64,000 bases of DNA, taken from NCBI RefSeq assembly GCF_024502345.1, contig NZ_JALDNN010000001.1; one strand, written 5' to 3'. Each line of letters opens with the position of its first letter. Within the stretch, counting starts at the first letter, position 1. This DNA comes from Escherichia coli (GTDB lineage: Bacteria; Pseudomonadota; Gammaproteobacteria; Enterobacterales; Enterobacteriaceae). The translations under genes and the position numbers were made by a program. The notes under the pieces are model-generated. The model saw only the letters and a list, made by a program, of their open reading frames with translations. It had not been told where the DNA came from and did not search any database. Positions 37,431 through 49,860 of this stretch are shown in pieces.

Positions 37431-37569
37431 ATTTCCACTTTCATGTAGCACAGTGTGCAGTCCTGCTCGTTTGCTGATTCCGCAAGACTGCCTGTTCTGC
37501 TATGATTGCCTTTATCCGTGGGCAATTTTCCACCCCCATTTCAATAAGTTTCAAGAGGTTATTTCACTC

Positions 37570-38100
37570 ATGGCTATCACTGGCATCTTTTTCGGCAGCG
37601 ACACCGGTAATACCGAAAATATCGCAAAAATGATTCAAAAACAGCTTGGTAAAGACGTTGCCGATGTCCATGACATTGCAAAAAGCAGCAAAGAAGATCT
37701 GGAAGCTTATGACATTCTGCTGCTGGGCATCCCAACCTGGTATTACGGCGAAGCGCAGTGTGACTGGGATGACTTCTTCCCGACTCTCGAAGAGATTGAT
37801 TTCAATGGCAAACTGGTTGCGCTGTTTGGTTGTGGTGACCAGGAAGATTACGCCGAATATTTCTGCGACGCATTGGGCACCATCCGCGACATCATTGAAC
37901 CGCGCGGTGCAACCATCGTTGGTCACTGGCCAACTGCGGGCTATCATTTCGAAGCATCAAAAGGTCTGGCAGATGACGACCACTTTGTCGGTCTGGCTAT
38001 CGACGAAGACCGTCAGCCGGAACTGACCGCTGAACGTGTAGAAAAATGGGTTAAACAGATTTCTGAAGAGTTGCATCTCGACGAAATTCTTAATGCCTGA
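37570..38100 (+). CDS. fldA: flavodoxin 1
   Basis: ORF-track 215 aa trimmed to [27 protein letters not shown] (176 aa); long-chain flavodoxin FMN-binding loop. Confidence 0.96.
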
Positions 38101-38305
38101 TGTGATGCGGCGTAGACTCATGTCTACGCCGCATTAATAGATAATGCCAATCAAAATAATTGCTACAAATTTGTAACTTTTGCTGTTGTACCTGTACAAT
38201 GTCCCGGTGTTCAAGTGGCCTTGCCGTTGTAAATGTAAGCTGTGCCACGTTTTTATTAACAATATTTGCCAGGGACTTGTGGTTTTCATTTAGGCGTGGC
38301 AATTC

Positions 38306-38324
38306 TATAATGATACGCATTATC
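38306..38324. promoter_or_regulatory. Fur-box-like palindrome in the uof-fur leader
   Basis: TATAATGATACGCATTATC matches the 19-bp Fur box consensus GATAATGATAATCATTATC at 16/19 positions; it overlaps the uof start codon. Confidence 0.6.
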
Positions 38325-38396
38325 TCAAGAGCAAATTCTGTCACTTCTTCTAATGAAGTGAACCGCTTAGTAACAGGACAGATTCCGCATGACTGA
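38310..38396 (+). CDS. uof: fur leader peptide (upstream ORF coupled to fur translation)
   Basis: 28-codon ORF MIRIISRANSVTSSNEVNRLVTGQIPHD ending 8 nt into fur; matches the known uof arrangement. Confidence 0.75.
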   Translation: MIRIISRANSVTSSNEVNRLVTGQIPHD

Positions 38397-38835
38397 TAAC
38401 AATACCGCCCTAAAGAAAGCTGGCCTGAAAGTAACGCTTCCACGTTTAAAAATCCTGGAAGTTCTTCAGGAGCCGGACAACCATCACGTCAGTGCGGAAG
38501 ATTTATACAAACGTCTGATCGATATGGGTGAAGAAATTGGTCTGGCTACGGTATATCGCGTACTGAACCAGTTTGACGACGCTGGTATCGTCACCCGCCA
38601 CAATTTTGAAGGCGGTAAATCCGTATTTGAACTGACACAGCAACATCACCACGATCACCTGATCTGCCTCGACTGCGGCAAGGTTATCGAATTTAGTGAT
38701 GATTCCATCGAAGCGCGTCAGCGTGAAATTGCCGCAAAACATGGCATTCGCCTAACTAACCACAGTCTCTATCTTTACGGTCACTGTGCCGAAGGCGATT
38801 GCCGCGAAGATGAACATGCGCACGAAGGCAAATAA
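38389..38835 (+). CDS. fur: ferric uptake regulator
   Basis: 148-aa ORF MTDNNTALKKAGLKVTLPRLKILEVLQEPDNHHVSAEDLYKRLIDMGEEIGLATVYRVLNQF... Confidence 0.98.
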   Translation: MTDNNTALKKAGLKVTLPRLKILEVLQEPDNHHVSAEDLYKRLIDMGEEIGLATVYRVLNQFDDAGIVTRHNFEGGKSVFELTQQHHHDHLICLDCGKVIEFSDDSIEARQREIAAKHGIRLTNHSLYLYGHCAEGDCREDEHAHEGK

Positions 38836-38851
38836 GCCAGCCTGAATGAGA

Positions 38852-38880
38852 AAAAGCCAACCTGCGGGTTGGCTTTTTTA
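38852..38880 (+). terminator. rho-independent terminator after fur
   Basis: AAAAAGCCAACC-TGCGG-GTTGGCTTTTTTA: perfect stem with flanking A and T runs (potentially bidirectional, facing ybfN). Confidence 0.85.
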
Positions 38881-38919
38881 TGCAAGGGAAATAAGAAAAG
38901 CGAGAGTTACAGCTCTCAC

Positions 38920-39246
38920 TTATTTGTTATTACTGCGAATTTCCTGCCAAACTTTATCACAATCGGCTTTCACCGCCTGATCATTTCCGGTTTGCGTTGC
39001 ACGCAGACACTGCTGATAATCCAGTACGCGGACACTTTCCTGGTCGGCAAAATGCTGATGTTGTTTCTCTTTCTTCAGCACGTTTAACACGCTCTGGCAG
39101 GCTTCAATTTTTTCTGGCGAACCTTGTGCGGTGTTGATACAGGCGCTGTATGCCTCTTTCAGACGACTGTCTTCCTGTGGCGCGGTTGATTGCGCACAAG
39201 CTACCAGCCCCGATGCCATTATGGCGATGAGAATCAGTTTTTTCAT
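38920..39246 (-). CDS. ybfN: lipoprotein YbfN
   Basis: 108-aa ORF with lipoprotein signal MKKLILIAIMASGLVAC (lipobox LVAC). Confidence 0.9.
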   Translation of the reverse strand: MKKLILIAIMASGLVACAQSTAPQEDSRLKEAYSACINTAQGSPEKIEACQSVLNVLKKEKQHQHFADQESVRVLDYQQCLRATQTGNDQAVKADCDKVWQEIRSNNK

Positions 39247-39295
39247 TGAAAATTCCTCAAACGTGCGGCAGGCACAAAACCTGCCGCGTCGTGCA

Positions 39296-40702
39296 TCAGA
39301 AGATGGTGAATGGTGCGATTACCATAAATTTCACGTCACGCTCATCCTGGAAGATGTTACCGTAACCGCCGCCCCAGCTTGGGATGTCGGAGTGGTTGTC
39401 GTATTCGGTGAAGTGCAGTTTGAACATCGTGCCTTTGGCGCGACCGTCCTGAATGGTGTAGACCGCATCCAGGCTGTAGGCAGACTCTTCAATAGTCCGG
39501 TTTTTGTCGTAGTACGCATCCGGATTGCTCTGCCAGGTCGCAGGTTTAGCATCCCATGCGTAAACGTAGGAAGCGCCGATGGCGAAGCCTGGAAGATTCC
39601 AGTTTTTCAGGTCATACATCGCACCGAAGAAGACCGCTTTTTCGCCGTTAGCGTTGAAGTCGGAACGGTTATCCCACCAGATATCCAGGCGGCCGTTGGA
39701 GGAAGCGTAGGTTGGAGTCATACGTTGCAGGAAGTATCCCTGCTGACCGTCAGCCTTAACCCAGGTGCCTTCGAGGCGCAAATCCACTACGTCAGCCGCC
39801 CGGTAACCAAAGGTCAACGCTTGCAGCCAGGCGGTGCCGTCATAAAGGTCGTTGACGCTGCGATCGTCAACTTTATCGCGCGTACCATAGAACTGGTAGC
39901 TGGTGGTTAACGGGCTACCGGCGATATCAAATTTGTAGCTGGCTTTGGCAAAATATTGATCGATATACCCTTCCGCCTGACCAAATGCCGCTTCCAGTAC
40001 GAAGTTATTTTTGAAGTCGTATTTCGCCCCAAGGGAGTGCAGATAATCAACTTTGGTGGTTTTATCGTTCTGATAAAACTCATCCATTTCCAGATGCCAC
40101 GGCGCTTTGTATTCGTTGGTCCACATGTAGGAGAAACTCAACGCACCAGCATCGCCGTAATCAAAATTCGCCCCGGCTTCCGCCCCCTGATAAGTACCTG
40201 GCATAAAGCTCCAGTGCGGCGCTAACAGCGTTTGACCAGTTGGCTGAATGTAACCTGCCCTCGCCCAAACCGGACCGTATTTAAATTTGGCCGCAGCTTT
40301 ATACAGGCTTATACCGCTTTTGTCGCCGGACCAGTCTTCGTCATAGGCTTTATTACTTTTTGAAAACGCGATTTCGTTCGGGTGGGAGCTGTCGCCGTTT
40401 TCCGCCATTTCAATCGCCGTAAACGCAGCAATATCAAGGCCGAACATATCAGCAGCATAACCGGACTGAAAATCGAGGTTGGCATTCCAGGTGGAGTGAG
40501 AAAGGTTGGTTTTGTATTTGTCGCCGTCGGTAACATCTTTACGGTCGCGTTCACGCTGCCAGTAATATATACCGCCGGTTAAGGTTGAATCGTCGATGAA
40601 TCCTTCGGCGCGAGCCTCCGGCATTGCCATAAAGCCCGACATTGCTGTAACACCGGCGATAGCCAGCGCCAGCGTACTACGTTTGCCACTAAACGTACGC
40701 AT
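39296..40702 (-). CDS. chiP: chitooligosaccharide-specific outer-membrane porin (chitoporin)
   Basis: 468-aa [38 protein letters not shown]...; OprD-like beta-barrel with C-terminal aromatic residue; formerly ybfM. Confidence 0.95.
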   Translation of the reverse strand: MRTFSGKRSTLALAIAGVTAMSGFMAMPEARAEGFIDDSTLTGGIYYWQRERDRKDVTDGDKYKTNLSHSTWNANLDFQSGYAADMFGLDIAAFTAIEMAENGDSSHPNEIAFSKSNKAYDEDWSGDKSGISLYKAAAKFKYGPVWARAGYIQPTGQTLLAPHWSFMPGTYQGAEAGANFDYGDAGALSFSYMWTNEYKAPWHLEMDEFYQNDKTTKVDYLHSLGAKYDFKNNFVLEAAFGQAEGYIDQYFAKASYKFDIAGSPLTTSYQFYGTRDKVDDRSVNDLYDGTAWLQALTFGYRAADVVDLRLEGTWVKADGQQGYFLQRMTPTYASSNGRLDIWWDNRSDFNANGEKAVFFGAMYDLKNWNLPGFAIGASYVYAWDAKPATWQSNPDAYYDKNRTIEESAYSLDAVYTIQDGRAKGTMFKLHFTEYDNHSDIPSWGGGYGNIFQDERDVKFMVIAPFTIF

Positions 40703-41094
40703 GGGTTAATCCTCTTTGACGTATAAATTGCTGCACCAAAGGTGAACAGCGAAAAAATAAAAATTAAAAAAGTAGCGTTGAGAAAAGTCTCGCTGACTAC
40801 AGGAACAGACTATTTTTCGCGGCGCGAATTATCAATCTCTTTCTGTAACCAGAATGTAAGAACATGAGCAACCGCACATATTTTGATGATTTTTGTTACA
40901 AGGCTTAAGTTTGCGGTTGAAAGGCTTGCAGAAGAATAAAAGCGTGAATTTCCAGCAAGATGAAAGCGGTTACATTTTATTTAATTATGTTTTGTTATTT
41001 TAAATTTATTTTATGGATAAATTGCGAAGCGGAATTAATTCGTGAAGAAAAGCAGAAAAAAACGCCGCAGACCGCGGCGTTTAGGATTGTTTGC

Positions 41095-41275
41095 ATGTTT
41101 CTTGCCGGATGCGGCGTGAACGCCTTATCCGGCCTACAAAAGCACGCAAACTCAATATATTGCAGAGATCATGTAGGCCTGATAAGCGTAGCGCATCAGG
41201 CAATTTAGCGTTTGAAACTGTTTGTCTGTTCCTTGCCGGATGCGACGTAAACGCCCCATCCGGCATAGCGAAACG
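41095..41275. repeat. REP/BIME cluster between chiP upstream region and glnS 3' end
   Basis: Three or more REP palindromes (GCCGGATGCGGCGTGAACGCCTTATCCGGCCTAC, GCCTGATAAGCGTAGCGCATCAGGC, GCCGGATGCGACGTAAACGCCCCATCCGGC). Confidence 0.75.
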
Positions 41276-41280
41276 TAAAA

Positions 41281-42945
41281 TTACTCGCCAACTTTCGCCC
41301 AGGTATCACGCAGCCCAACGGTGCGGTTAAATACCGGTTTTTCGGCAGTGGAATGGCGGCTGTCGAGGCAGAAGTAACCTTCACGCTCAAACTGGAATGC
41401 TTTACCCGCTACCGCATCTTTCAGCGACGGTTCAGCAAAGCCCTGTTTGATCACCAGCGATTCCGGGTTAATCACCGACAGGAAATCATCCGCAGCACCT
41501 GGGTTCGGCACGCTGAACAGACGGTCATACAAACGGATTTCAACCGGCAGCGCATGTGCCGCGCTCACCCAGTGAATAACACCTTTGACTTTACGACCAT
41601 CTGCCGGATCTTTGCTTAAGGTATCGGCGTCATAAGTACAGAAGATGGTGGTGATATTACCTTCGACATCTTTCTCGACGCGTTCTGCCTTAATCACATA
41701 AGCATTACGCAGACGCACTTCTTTACCGAGCACCAGACGTTTGTACTGCTTGTTAGCTTCTTCGCGGAAATCGGCGCGATCGATCCAAATCTCACCGCTA
41801 AACGGCACCTGACGGCTGCCCATTTCCGGTTTGTTCGGATGGTTCGGCATGGTAACCATTTCGCCTTCGCCCTGATAGTTTTCGATAACCAGTTTCACCG
41901 GATCGATAACCGCCATTGCGCGCGGCGCATTTTCGTTGAGATCTTCACGGATGCAGGATTCCAGCGACGCCATCTCAATGGTGTTGTCCTGCTTGGTCAC
42001 GCCGATGCGTTTGCAGAACTCACGAATAGAAGCCGCAGTGTAACCACGACGACGCAGACCGGAAATGGTCGGCATACGCGGGTCATCCCAGCCTTCAACG
42101 TGCTTATCGGTCACCAGCAGGTTCAGCTTACGCTTGGACATCACAGTGTATTCCAGATTCAGGCGCGAGAATTCGTACTGGCGCGGGTGAACAGGAATGG
42201 TGATGTTGTCCAGTACCCAGTCGTACAGACGACGGTTATCCTGGAACTCAAGCGTACACAGAGAGTGCGTAATACCTTCCAGAGCATCGCTGATGCAGTG
42301 GGTGAAGTCGTACATCGGGTAGATGCACCACTTGTTGCCAGTCTGGTGGTGTTCAGCAAATTTAATGCGGTACAGCACCGGATCGCGCATCACGATAAAC
42401 GGTGAAGCCATGTCGATTTTCGCACGCAGGCAGGCTTTACCTTCTTCAAAACCGCCGGTACGCATTTTCTCGAACAGCGCCAGGTTCTCTTCAACGCTAC
42501 GGTCGCGGTACGGGCTGTTTTTACCAGGCTGCGTCAGGGTGCCGCGGTATTCGCGGATCTGTTCCGGCGTCAGTTCATCAACGTACGCCAGGCCTTTATT
42601 GATCAGTTCGATCGCATAGGCGTGGAGCTGATCAAAATAATCGGAGGAGTAACGGACGTTACCAGACCAGTGAAAACCTAACCACTCTACGTCGTTTTTG
42701 ATCGACTCAACATACTCGATATCTTCTTTTACCGGGTTAGTGTCGTCGAAACGCAGGTTGCACTGGCCTTTATAGTCCTGGGCGATCCCGAAGTTCAGGC
42801 AGATAGATTTCGCATGGCCAATATGCAGATAGCCATTCGGCTCCGGCGGAAAACGGGTGTGTACTGTGGTGTGCTTACCACTGGCCAGATCTTCATCGAT
42901 GATCTGACGGATAAAGTTAGTCGGGCGGGCTTTTGCCTCACTCAT
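41281..42945 (-). CDS. glnS: glutaminyl-tRNA synthetase
   Basis: 554-aa [50 protein letters not shown]... (class I HIGH motif) and VMSKR (KMSKS-type). Confidence 0.98.
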   Translation of the reverse strand: MSEAKARPTNFIRQIIDEDLASGKHTTVHTRFPPEPNGYLHIGHAKSICLNFGIAQDYKGQCNLRFDDTNPVKEDIEYVESIKNDVEWLGFHWSGNVRYSSDYFDQLHAYAIELINKGLAYVDELTPEQIREYRGTLTQPGKNSPYRDRSVEENLALFEKMRTGGFEEGKACLRAKIDMASPFIVMRDPVLYRIKFAEHHQTGNKWCIYPMYDFTHCISDALEGITHSLCTLEFQDNRRLYDWVLDNITIPVHPRQYEFSRLNLEYTVMSKRKLNLLVTDKHVEGWDDPRMPTISGLRRRGYTAASIREFCKRIGVTKQDNTIEMASLESCIREDLNENAPRAMAVIDPVKLVIENYQGEGEMVTMPNHPNKPEMGSRQVPFSGEIWIDRADFREEANKQYKRLVLGKEVRLRNAYVIKAERVEKDVEGNITTIFCTYDADTLSKDPADGRKVKGVIHWVSAAHALPVEIRLYDRLFSVPNPGAADDFLSVINPESLVIKQGFAEPSLKDAVAGKAFQFEREGYFCLDSRHSTAEKPVFNRTVGLRDTWAKVGE

Positions 42946-43094
42946 CGTGGATTCCTCAAAGCGTAAACAACGTATAACGGCGTATGATCTTATAAGCGGG
43001 ACAGGCTGACAACTGTTAGTTTTTTAAAATTGATAATCTAACAAGGATTATGGGGATGATTGATGAAAAAAAAAGCGGCAGAGAAGATCTCCAC

Positions 43095-43142
43095 CGCTTG
43101 TCATTGTTGGATGCGACGCTCAAGCGTCGCATCAGGCATAAA
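43095..43142. repeat. REP element between glnS and nagE
   Basis: TGGATGCGACGCTCAAGCGTCGCATCAGGC palindrome read directly. Confidence 0.65.
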
Positions 43143-43147
43143 GCAGA

Positions 43148-45094
43148 TTACTTTTTGATTTCATACAGCGGTGTTTGACCCGCCACAACATGGCCCTGAG
43201 CTTTAATGATCAAGCCACTGAAATCGTCGATATTGCTGCAAACCACCGGGCTAATCATCGAGCGGGCGTTAGCGTTCAGGTAATCCAGATCCATTTCCAG
43301 AATCGGTTGCCCTGCGCTTACCTGCGCACCCTCTTCCACCAGACGTTTAAAGCCTTTACCTTCCAGCGCTACGGTGTCGATACCCATATGGACGACGATC
43401 TCCGCGCCTTTTTCGGTTTCCAGGCAGAACGCGTGGTTGGTGTTGAAGATTTTCACGATTGTCCCTGCGGCTGGTGATACGACGATTTTATCTGTCGGTT
43501 TCACCGCCACACCGTCACCCACCGCTTTGCTGGCGAATGCTTCGTCAGGAACCTGATCCAGTGCCACGACATCACCGGTAATCGGCGATACCAGCTCCGC
43601 GATAGATACCGCGTTTGGTACAGCCTGCGGTTTTGCTACAGGCGCGGCAGTTGCCGGAGTTGCTTCAGCTGACGCAGCGGCTACCGGACCACGGGCAACG
43701 ACTTTCTTCATCGCATCGCCGATGGATTCTGCTTTCGCGCCAACAATCACCTGAATAGTCTGTTTGTTCAGTTTCACTACACCAGAAGCACCCAGACGTT
43801 TACACATCGTATCGTTGACGCGGGCAGAGTCAGCCACGGTCAGGCGCAGACGGGTGATACAGGCGTCAATTGCTTTCAGGTTGTCAGTGCCGCCAACCGC
43901 AGCAATATAGTTGGTCGCCAGTTGATTGAGGCCTTCTTCAGTGTTGCTGTTGGCTTCTTCAGTAACGATCTCGTCTTCTTTATCTTCACGACCCGGCGTT
44001 TTCAGGTTGAACATGCGGATAACCAAACTGAACACCACGAAGTAGATAGCGAAGAAGACAACACCCATAACCAGCAGCATCCAGACGTTCTGGCTGGCGG
44101 CCGGCAGGTTATACATCAACGCGTAGTCGATAGCCCCCGCAGAGAAAGAGAAGCCAGCATGGATACCCAGCAGTGTTGCCACAAACAGGCTGATACCGGT
44201 CAGCAGTGCGTGCAGGAGGTACAGCAGCGGTGCAAGGAACATGAACAGGAATTCCAGCGGCTCAGTCACACCGGTCAGGAACGCAGTAACAGCAACAGAA
44301 AGCAGCATCCCGCCAACCATCGGACGACGCTCTTTCGGTGCTGCGAAGTACATCGCCAGCGCCGCACCCGGCAGACCGAACATCATAATCGGGAAGAAGC
44401 CGGACATGAACATCCCCGCGGTGCCGTCACCGGCATAGAAGCGGTTGATATCACCGTGGAAAACCGTACCCGCCGCGTTGGTGAATTCACCAATCTGGAA
44501 CCAGGCGATGGTGTTCAGCACCTGATGCAGACCGGTTGGGATCAGCAGACGGTTGATGAAACCAAAGATACCGGAACCCAGCGCGCCCGCAGAAACGATC
44601 CACTCGCCTCCTGCATGGATAGCGTGCTGTACCGGCGGCCAGACGTAACCAAAAATGGCCGCCAGCACCAGGCAGAAGAAGCCGGTGGCAATCGGCACAA
44701 AGCGTTTGCCGCCGAAGAAACTCAGGAAGTCCGGCAGTTTAATATCGGACCAACGGTTATAGGCTGCGCCACCAACCAGACCGGTAATGATACCCGCCAG
44801 TACACCCATGTTAATTTCTGGGTTGATGGTCACCATCGCTTTGGTTAACACAAAGTAACCTACCGCACCCGCCAGCGCCGCCGCACCTGCGCTGTCTTTC
44901 GACCAGCTGGATGCCACACCGATGGCGAAGATTAATGCGAGGTTATCAAAAATCGCACCGCCCGCCTGGGCAATAAACGCAACGTTAAGTAAATCTGGCT
45001 GACCGAATCGCAGCAACAGTGCCGCCACCGGCAGCACCGCGATAGGGAGCTGTAACGCCCTACCGAGTCGCTGGAAAAAACCTAAAATATTCAT
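43148..45094 (-). CDS. nagE: PTS N-acetylglucosamine-specific EIICBA component
   Basis: 648-aa ORF MNILGFFQRLGRALQLPIAVLPVAALLLRFGQPD...; EIIC membrane domain plus EIIB (Cys) and EIIA domains. Confidence 0.97.
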   Translation of the reverse strand: MNILGFFQRLGRALQLPIAVLPVAALLLRFGQPDLLNVAFIAQAGGAIFDNLALIFAIGVASSWSKDSAGAAALAGAVGYFVLTKAMVTINPEINMGVLAGIITGLVGGAAYNRWSDIKLPDFLSFFGGKRFVPIATGFFCLVLAAIFGYVWPPVQHAIHAGGEWIVSAGALGSGIFGFINRLLIPTGLHQVLNTIAWFQIGEFTNAAGTVFHGDINRFYAGDGTAGMFMSGFFPIMMFGLPGAALAMYFAAPKERRPMVGGMLLSVAVTAFLTGVTEPLEFLFMFLAPLLYLLHALLTGISLFVATLLGIHAGFSFSAGAIDYALMYNLPAASQNVWMLLVMGVVFFAIYFVVFSLVIRMFNLKTPGREDKEDEIVTEEANSNTEEGLNQLATNYIAAVGGTDNLKAIDACITRLRLTVADSARVNDTMCKRLGASGVVKLNKQTIQVIVGAKAESIGDAMKKVVARGPVAAASAEATPATAAPVAKPQAVPNAVSIAELVSPITGDVVALDQVPDEAFASKAVGDGVAVKPTDKIVVSPAAGTIVKIFNTNHAFCLETEKGAEIVVHMGIDTVALEGKGFKRLVEEGAQVSAGQPILEMDLDYLNANARSMISPVVCSNIDDFSGLIIKAQGHVVAGQTPLYEIKK

Positions 45095-45426
45095 CTTATT
45101 CCCCCTACGAGAACCCTATTTGGCTCGTTTAAAGCCGTATTTTTATTTTGCTGCAAATTGTACTGCCGATGTTCTGTAATCAGATTGTTAGATCATCTGC
45201 TACAGAGTGTGTGAAAATTTAATTCGTATCGCAAATTAAACGCGTGTCTTTTGTGAGTTTTGTCACCAAATATCGTTATCATCACTCCCTTTTACTGGCT
45301 AAAGCAGAAAACTTATTTTATCATTCAAAAAATCAGGTCGGATTGACGCCTGTCTGCGCAAATCCAGGTTACGCTTAAAGATGCCTAATCCGCCAACGGC
45401 TTACATTTTACTTATTGAGGTGAATA
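45095..45426. promoter_or_regulatory. nagE-nagB divergent promoter region (NagC operators and CRP site expected)
   Basis: 332-bp spacer between divergent nagE and nagBACD; its role as the NagC/CRP-controlled divergent promoter is established for E. coli; individual sites not mapped here. Confidence 0.6.
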
Positions 45427-47435
<2,009 letters not shown>

Positions 47436-47443
47436 GAGAAAGT

Positions 47444-48664
47444 ATGACACCAGGCGGACAAGCTCAGATAGGTAATGTTGATCTCGTAAAACAGCTTAAC
47501 AGCGCGGCGGTTTATCGCCTGATTGACCAGTACGGGCCAATCTCGCGGATTCAGATTGCCGAGCAAAGCCAGCTTGCCCCCGCCAGCGTAACCAAAATTA
47601 CGCGTCAGCTTATCGAACGCGGGCTGATCAAAGAAGTTGATCAGCAGGCCTCCACCGGGGGCCGCCGCGCTATCTCCATCGTCACCGAAACCCGCAATTT
47701 CCACGCAATCGGCGTACGGCTTGGTCGTCACGACGCCACCATCACCCTGTTTGATCTCAGCAGCAAAGTGCTGGCAGAAGAACATTACCCGCTGCCGGAA
47801 CGTACCCAGCAAACGCTGGAACATGCCCTGTTGAATGCCATTGCTCAGTTTATTGATAGCTACCAGCGCAAACTGCGCGAGCTGATCGCGATTTCGGTGA
47901 TCCTGCCAGGGCTTGTTGACCCGGACAGCGGCAAAATTCATTACATGCCGCATATTCAGGTAGAAAACTGGGGGCTGGTAGAAGCTCTGGAAGAACGTTT
48001 TAAAGTGACCTGTTTCGTTGGTCACGATATCCGTAGTCTGGCGCTGGCGGAGCACTACTTCGGTGCAAGTCAGGATTGCGAAGACTCCATTTTAGTGCGT
48101 GTCCATCGCGGAACCGGGGCCGGAATCATCTCTAACGGGCGCATTTTTATTGGCCGCAACGGCAACGTCGGTGAAATTGGCCATATTCAGGTCGAACCGC
48201 TGGGTGAACGCTGCCACTGCGGCAACTTTGGCTGCCTGGAAACTATCGCCGCCAACGCTGCCATTGAACAACGGGTGTTGAATCTGTTAAAGCAGGGCTA
48301 CCAGAGCCGCGTGCCGCTGGACGACTGCACCATCAAAACTATCTGCAAAGCCGCGAACAAAGGCGATAGTCTGGCGTCGGAAGTAATTGAGTATGTCGGT
48401 CGTCATCTGGGTAAAACCATCGCCATTGCTATCAACTTATTTAATCCGCAAAAAATTGTTATTGCCGGTGAAATCACCGAAGCCGATAAAGTGCTGCTCC
48501 CTGCTATTGAAAGCTGCATTAATACCCAGGCGCTGAAGGCGTTTCGCACTAATCTGCCGGTGGTACGTTCTGAGCTGGATCACCGCTCGGCAATCGGCGC
48601 TTTTGCGCTGGTAAAACGCGCCATGCTCAACGGTATTTTGCTCCAGCATTTGCTGGAAAATTAA
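47444..48664 (+). CDS. nagC: N-acetylglucosamine repressor (ROK family)
   Basis: 406-aa ORF MTPGGQAQIGNVDLVKQLNSAAVYRLIDQYGPISRIQIAEQSQL...; HTH plus ROK domain with zinc-binding Cys/His. Confidence 0.98.
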   Translation: MTPGGQAQIGNVDLVKQLNSAAVYRLIDQYGPISRIQIAEQSQLAPASVTKITRQLIERGLIKEVDQQASTGGRRAISIVTETRNFHAIGVRLGRHDATITLFDLSSKVLAEEHYPLPERTQQTLEHALLNAIAQFIDSYQRKLRELIAISVILPGLVDPDSGKIHYMPHIQVENWGLVEALEERFKVTCFVGHDIRSLALAEHYFGASQDCEDSILVRVHRGTGAGIISNGRIFIGRNGNVGEIGHIQVEPLGERCHCGNFGCLETIAANAAIEQRVLNLLKQGYQSRVPLDDCTIKTICKAANKGDSLASEVIEYVGRHLGKTIAIAINLFNPQKIVIAGEITEADKVLLPAIESCINTQALKAFRTNLPVVRSELDHRSAIGAFALVKRAMLNGILLQHLLEN

Positions 48665-48711
48665 TGTGCTTTTATAGTGGCGCTTATTGTTGTCAATATT
48701 CTGGGTAGTCC

Positions 48712-49464
48712 ATGACCATTAAAAATGTAATTTGCGATATCGACGGCGTGCTGATGCACGATAACGTCGCCGTACCGGGTGCAGCGGAATTTTTGCACGG
48801 GATTATGGATAAAGGCCTGCCGCTGGTGTTGCTGACCAACTATCCTTCGCAGACTGGGCAAGATCTGGCGAACCGCTTTGCCACCGCAGGTGTCGATGTA
48901 CCTGACAGCGTGTTTTATACCTCTGCGATGGCGACTGCCGATTTCCTGCGTCGCCAGGAAGGCAAGAAAGCATATGTGGTGGGCGAAGGCGCACTGATTC
49001 ATGAACTGTACAAAGCCGGTTTCACTATTACCGATGTGAACCCTGATTTTGTGATTGTTGGCGAAACGCGTTCCTACAACTGGGACATGATGCATAAAGC
49101 GGCCTATTTCGTCGCTAACGGTGCACGCTTTATCGCCACCAACCCGGATACTCACGGGCGCGGTTTTTATCCGGCCTGTGGCGCGTTGTGTGCAGGGATT
49201 GAGAAAATCTCCGGGCGCAAACCGTTCTATGTTGGTAAGCCGAGTCCGTGGATTATCCGCGCGGCATTAAACAAAATGCAGGCACATTCGGAAGAAACGG
49301 TGATTGTCGGCGATAACCTGCGTACCGATATTCTGGCCGGCTTCCAGGCAGGTCTGGAGACGATTCTGGTGCTTTCTGGTGTTTCATCGCTCGACGATAT
49401 CGACAGTATGCCGTTCCGCCCAAGCTGGATTTACCCGTCAGTCGCTGAAATCGACGTTATCTGA
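48712..49464 (+). CDS. nagD: ribonucleotide monophosphatase (HAD superfamily)
   Basis: 250-aa ORF MTIKNVICDIDGVLMHDNVAVPGAAEFL...; HAD motif DIDGV. Confidence 0.97.
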   Translation: MTIKNVICDIDGVLMHDNVAVPGAAEFLHGIMDKGLPLVLLTNYPSQTGQDLANRFATAGVDVPDSVFYTSAMATADFLRRQEGKKAYVVGEGALIHELYKAGFTITDVNPDFVIVGETRSYNWDMMHKAAYFVANGARFIATNPDTHGRGFYPACGALCAGIEKISGRKPFYVGKPSPWIIRAALNKMQAHSEETVIVGDNLRTDILAGFQAGLETILVLSGVSSLDDIDSMPFRPSWIYPSVAEIDVI

Positions 49465-49489
49465 ATACCACCCACGTCTGCGGACGTGG

Positions 49490-49615
49490 TTGGCTCTGAT
49501 GACAAACGCCAAACTGCCTGATGCGCTACGCTTATCAGGCCTACGCAGCTCCTGCAATATATTGAATTTTCATGCTTTTGTAGGCCGGATAAGGCGTTCA
49601 CGCCGCATCCGGCAT
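49490..49615. repeat. REP/BIME cluster between nagD and asnB
   Basis: GCCTGATGCGCTACGCTTATCAGGCCTAC and GCCGGATAAGGCGTTCACGCCGCATCCGGC palindromes. Confidence 0.75.
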
Positions 49616-49860
49616 GAACAAATCGCACTTTATCAGCAATTTGGCCCCCGTAAAATATAACCATTCAATAAAACCCGCTAAAAATTATCGATTCATCAAT
49701 AAATACATCCTCACACCAGACCCTTTTTCACCAATCGACAATCACCATTACGTTTTTTATTTTTTCACCGCCAAATCGCTTGCGCACAGTGCTGCTTTGC
49801 GGCATTTTTTTAAACAAGCAAACACAACAAGCAACAAATACCAGGTTAACGGAGAAGGTT

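Noticed and set aside
43922-44848. 308-aa ORF antisense to nagE
   Set aside because: Shadow ORF in the nagE membrane domain region.
49465-49860. About 400-bp non-coding region upstream of asnB as a candidate unannotated gene or sRNA
   Set aside because: Explained by the REP cluster plus an AT-rich promoter/leader for asnB; no ORF with an RBS and no terminator-bounded small transcript unit visible.
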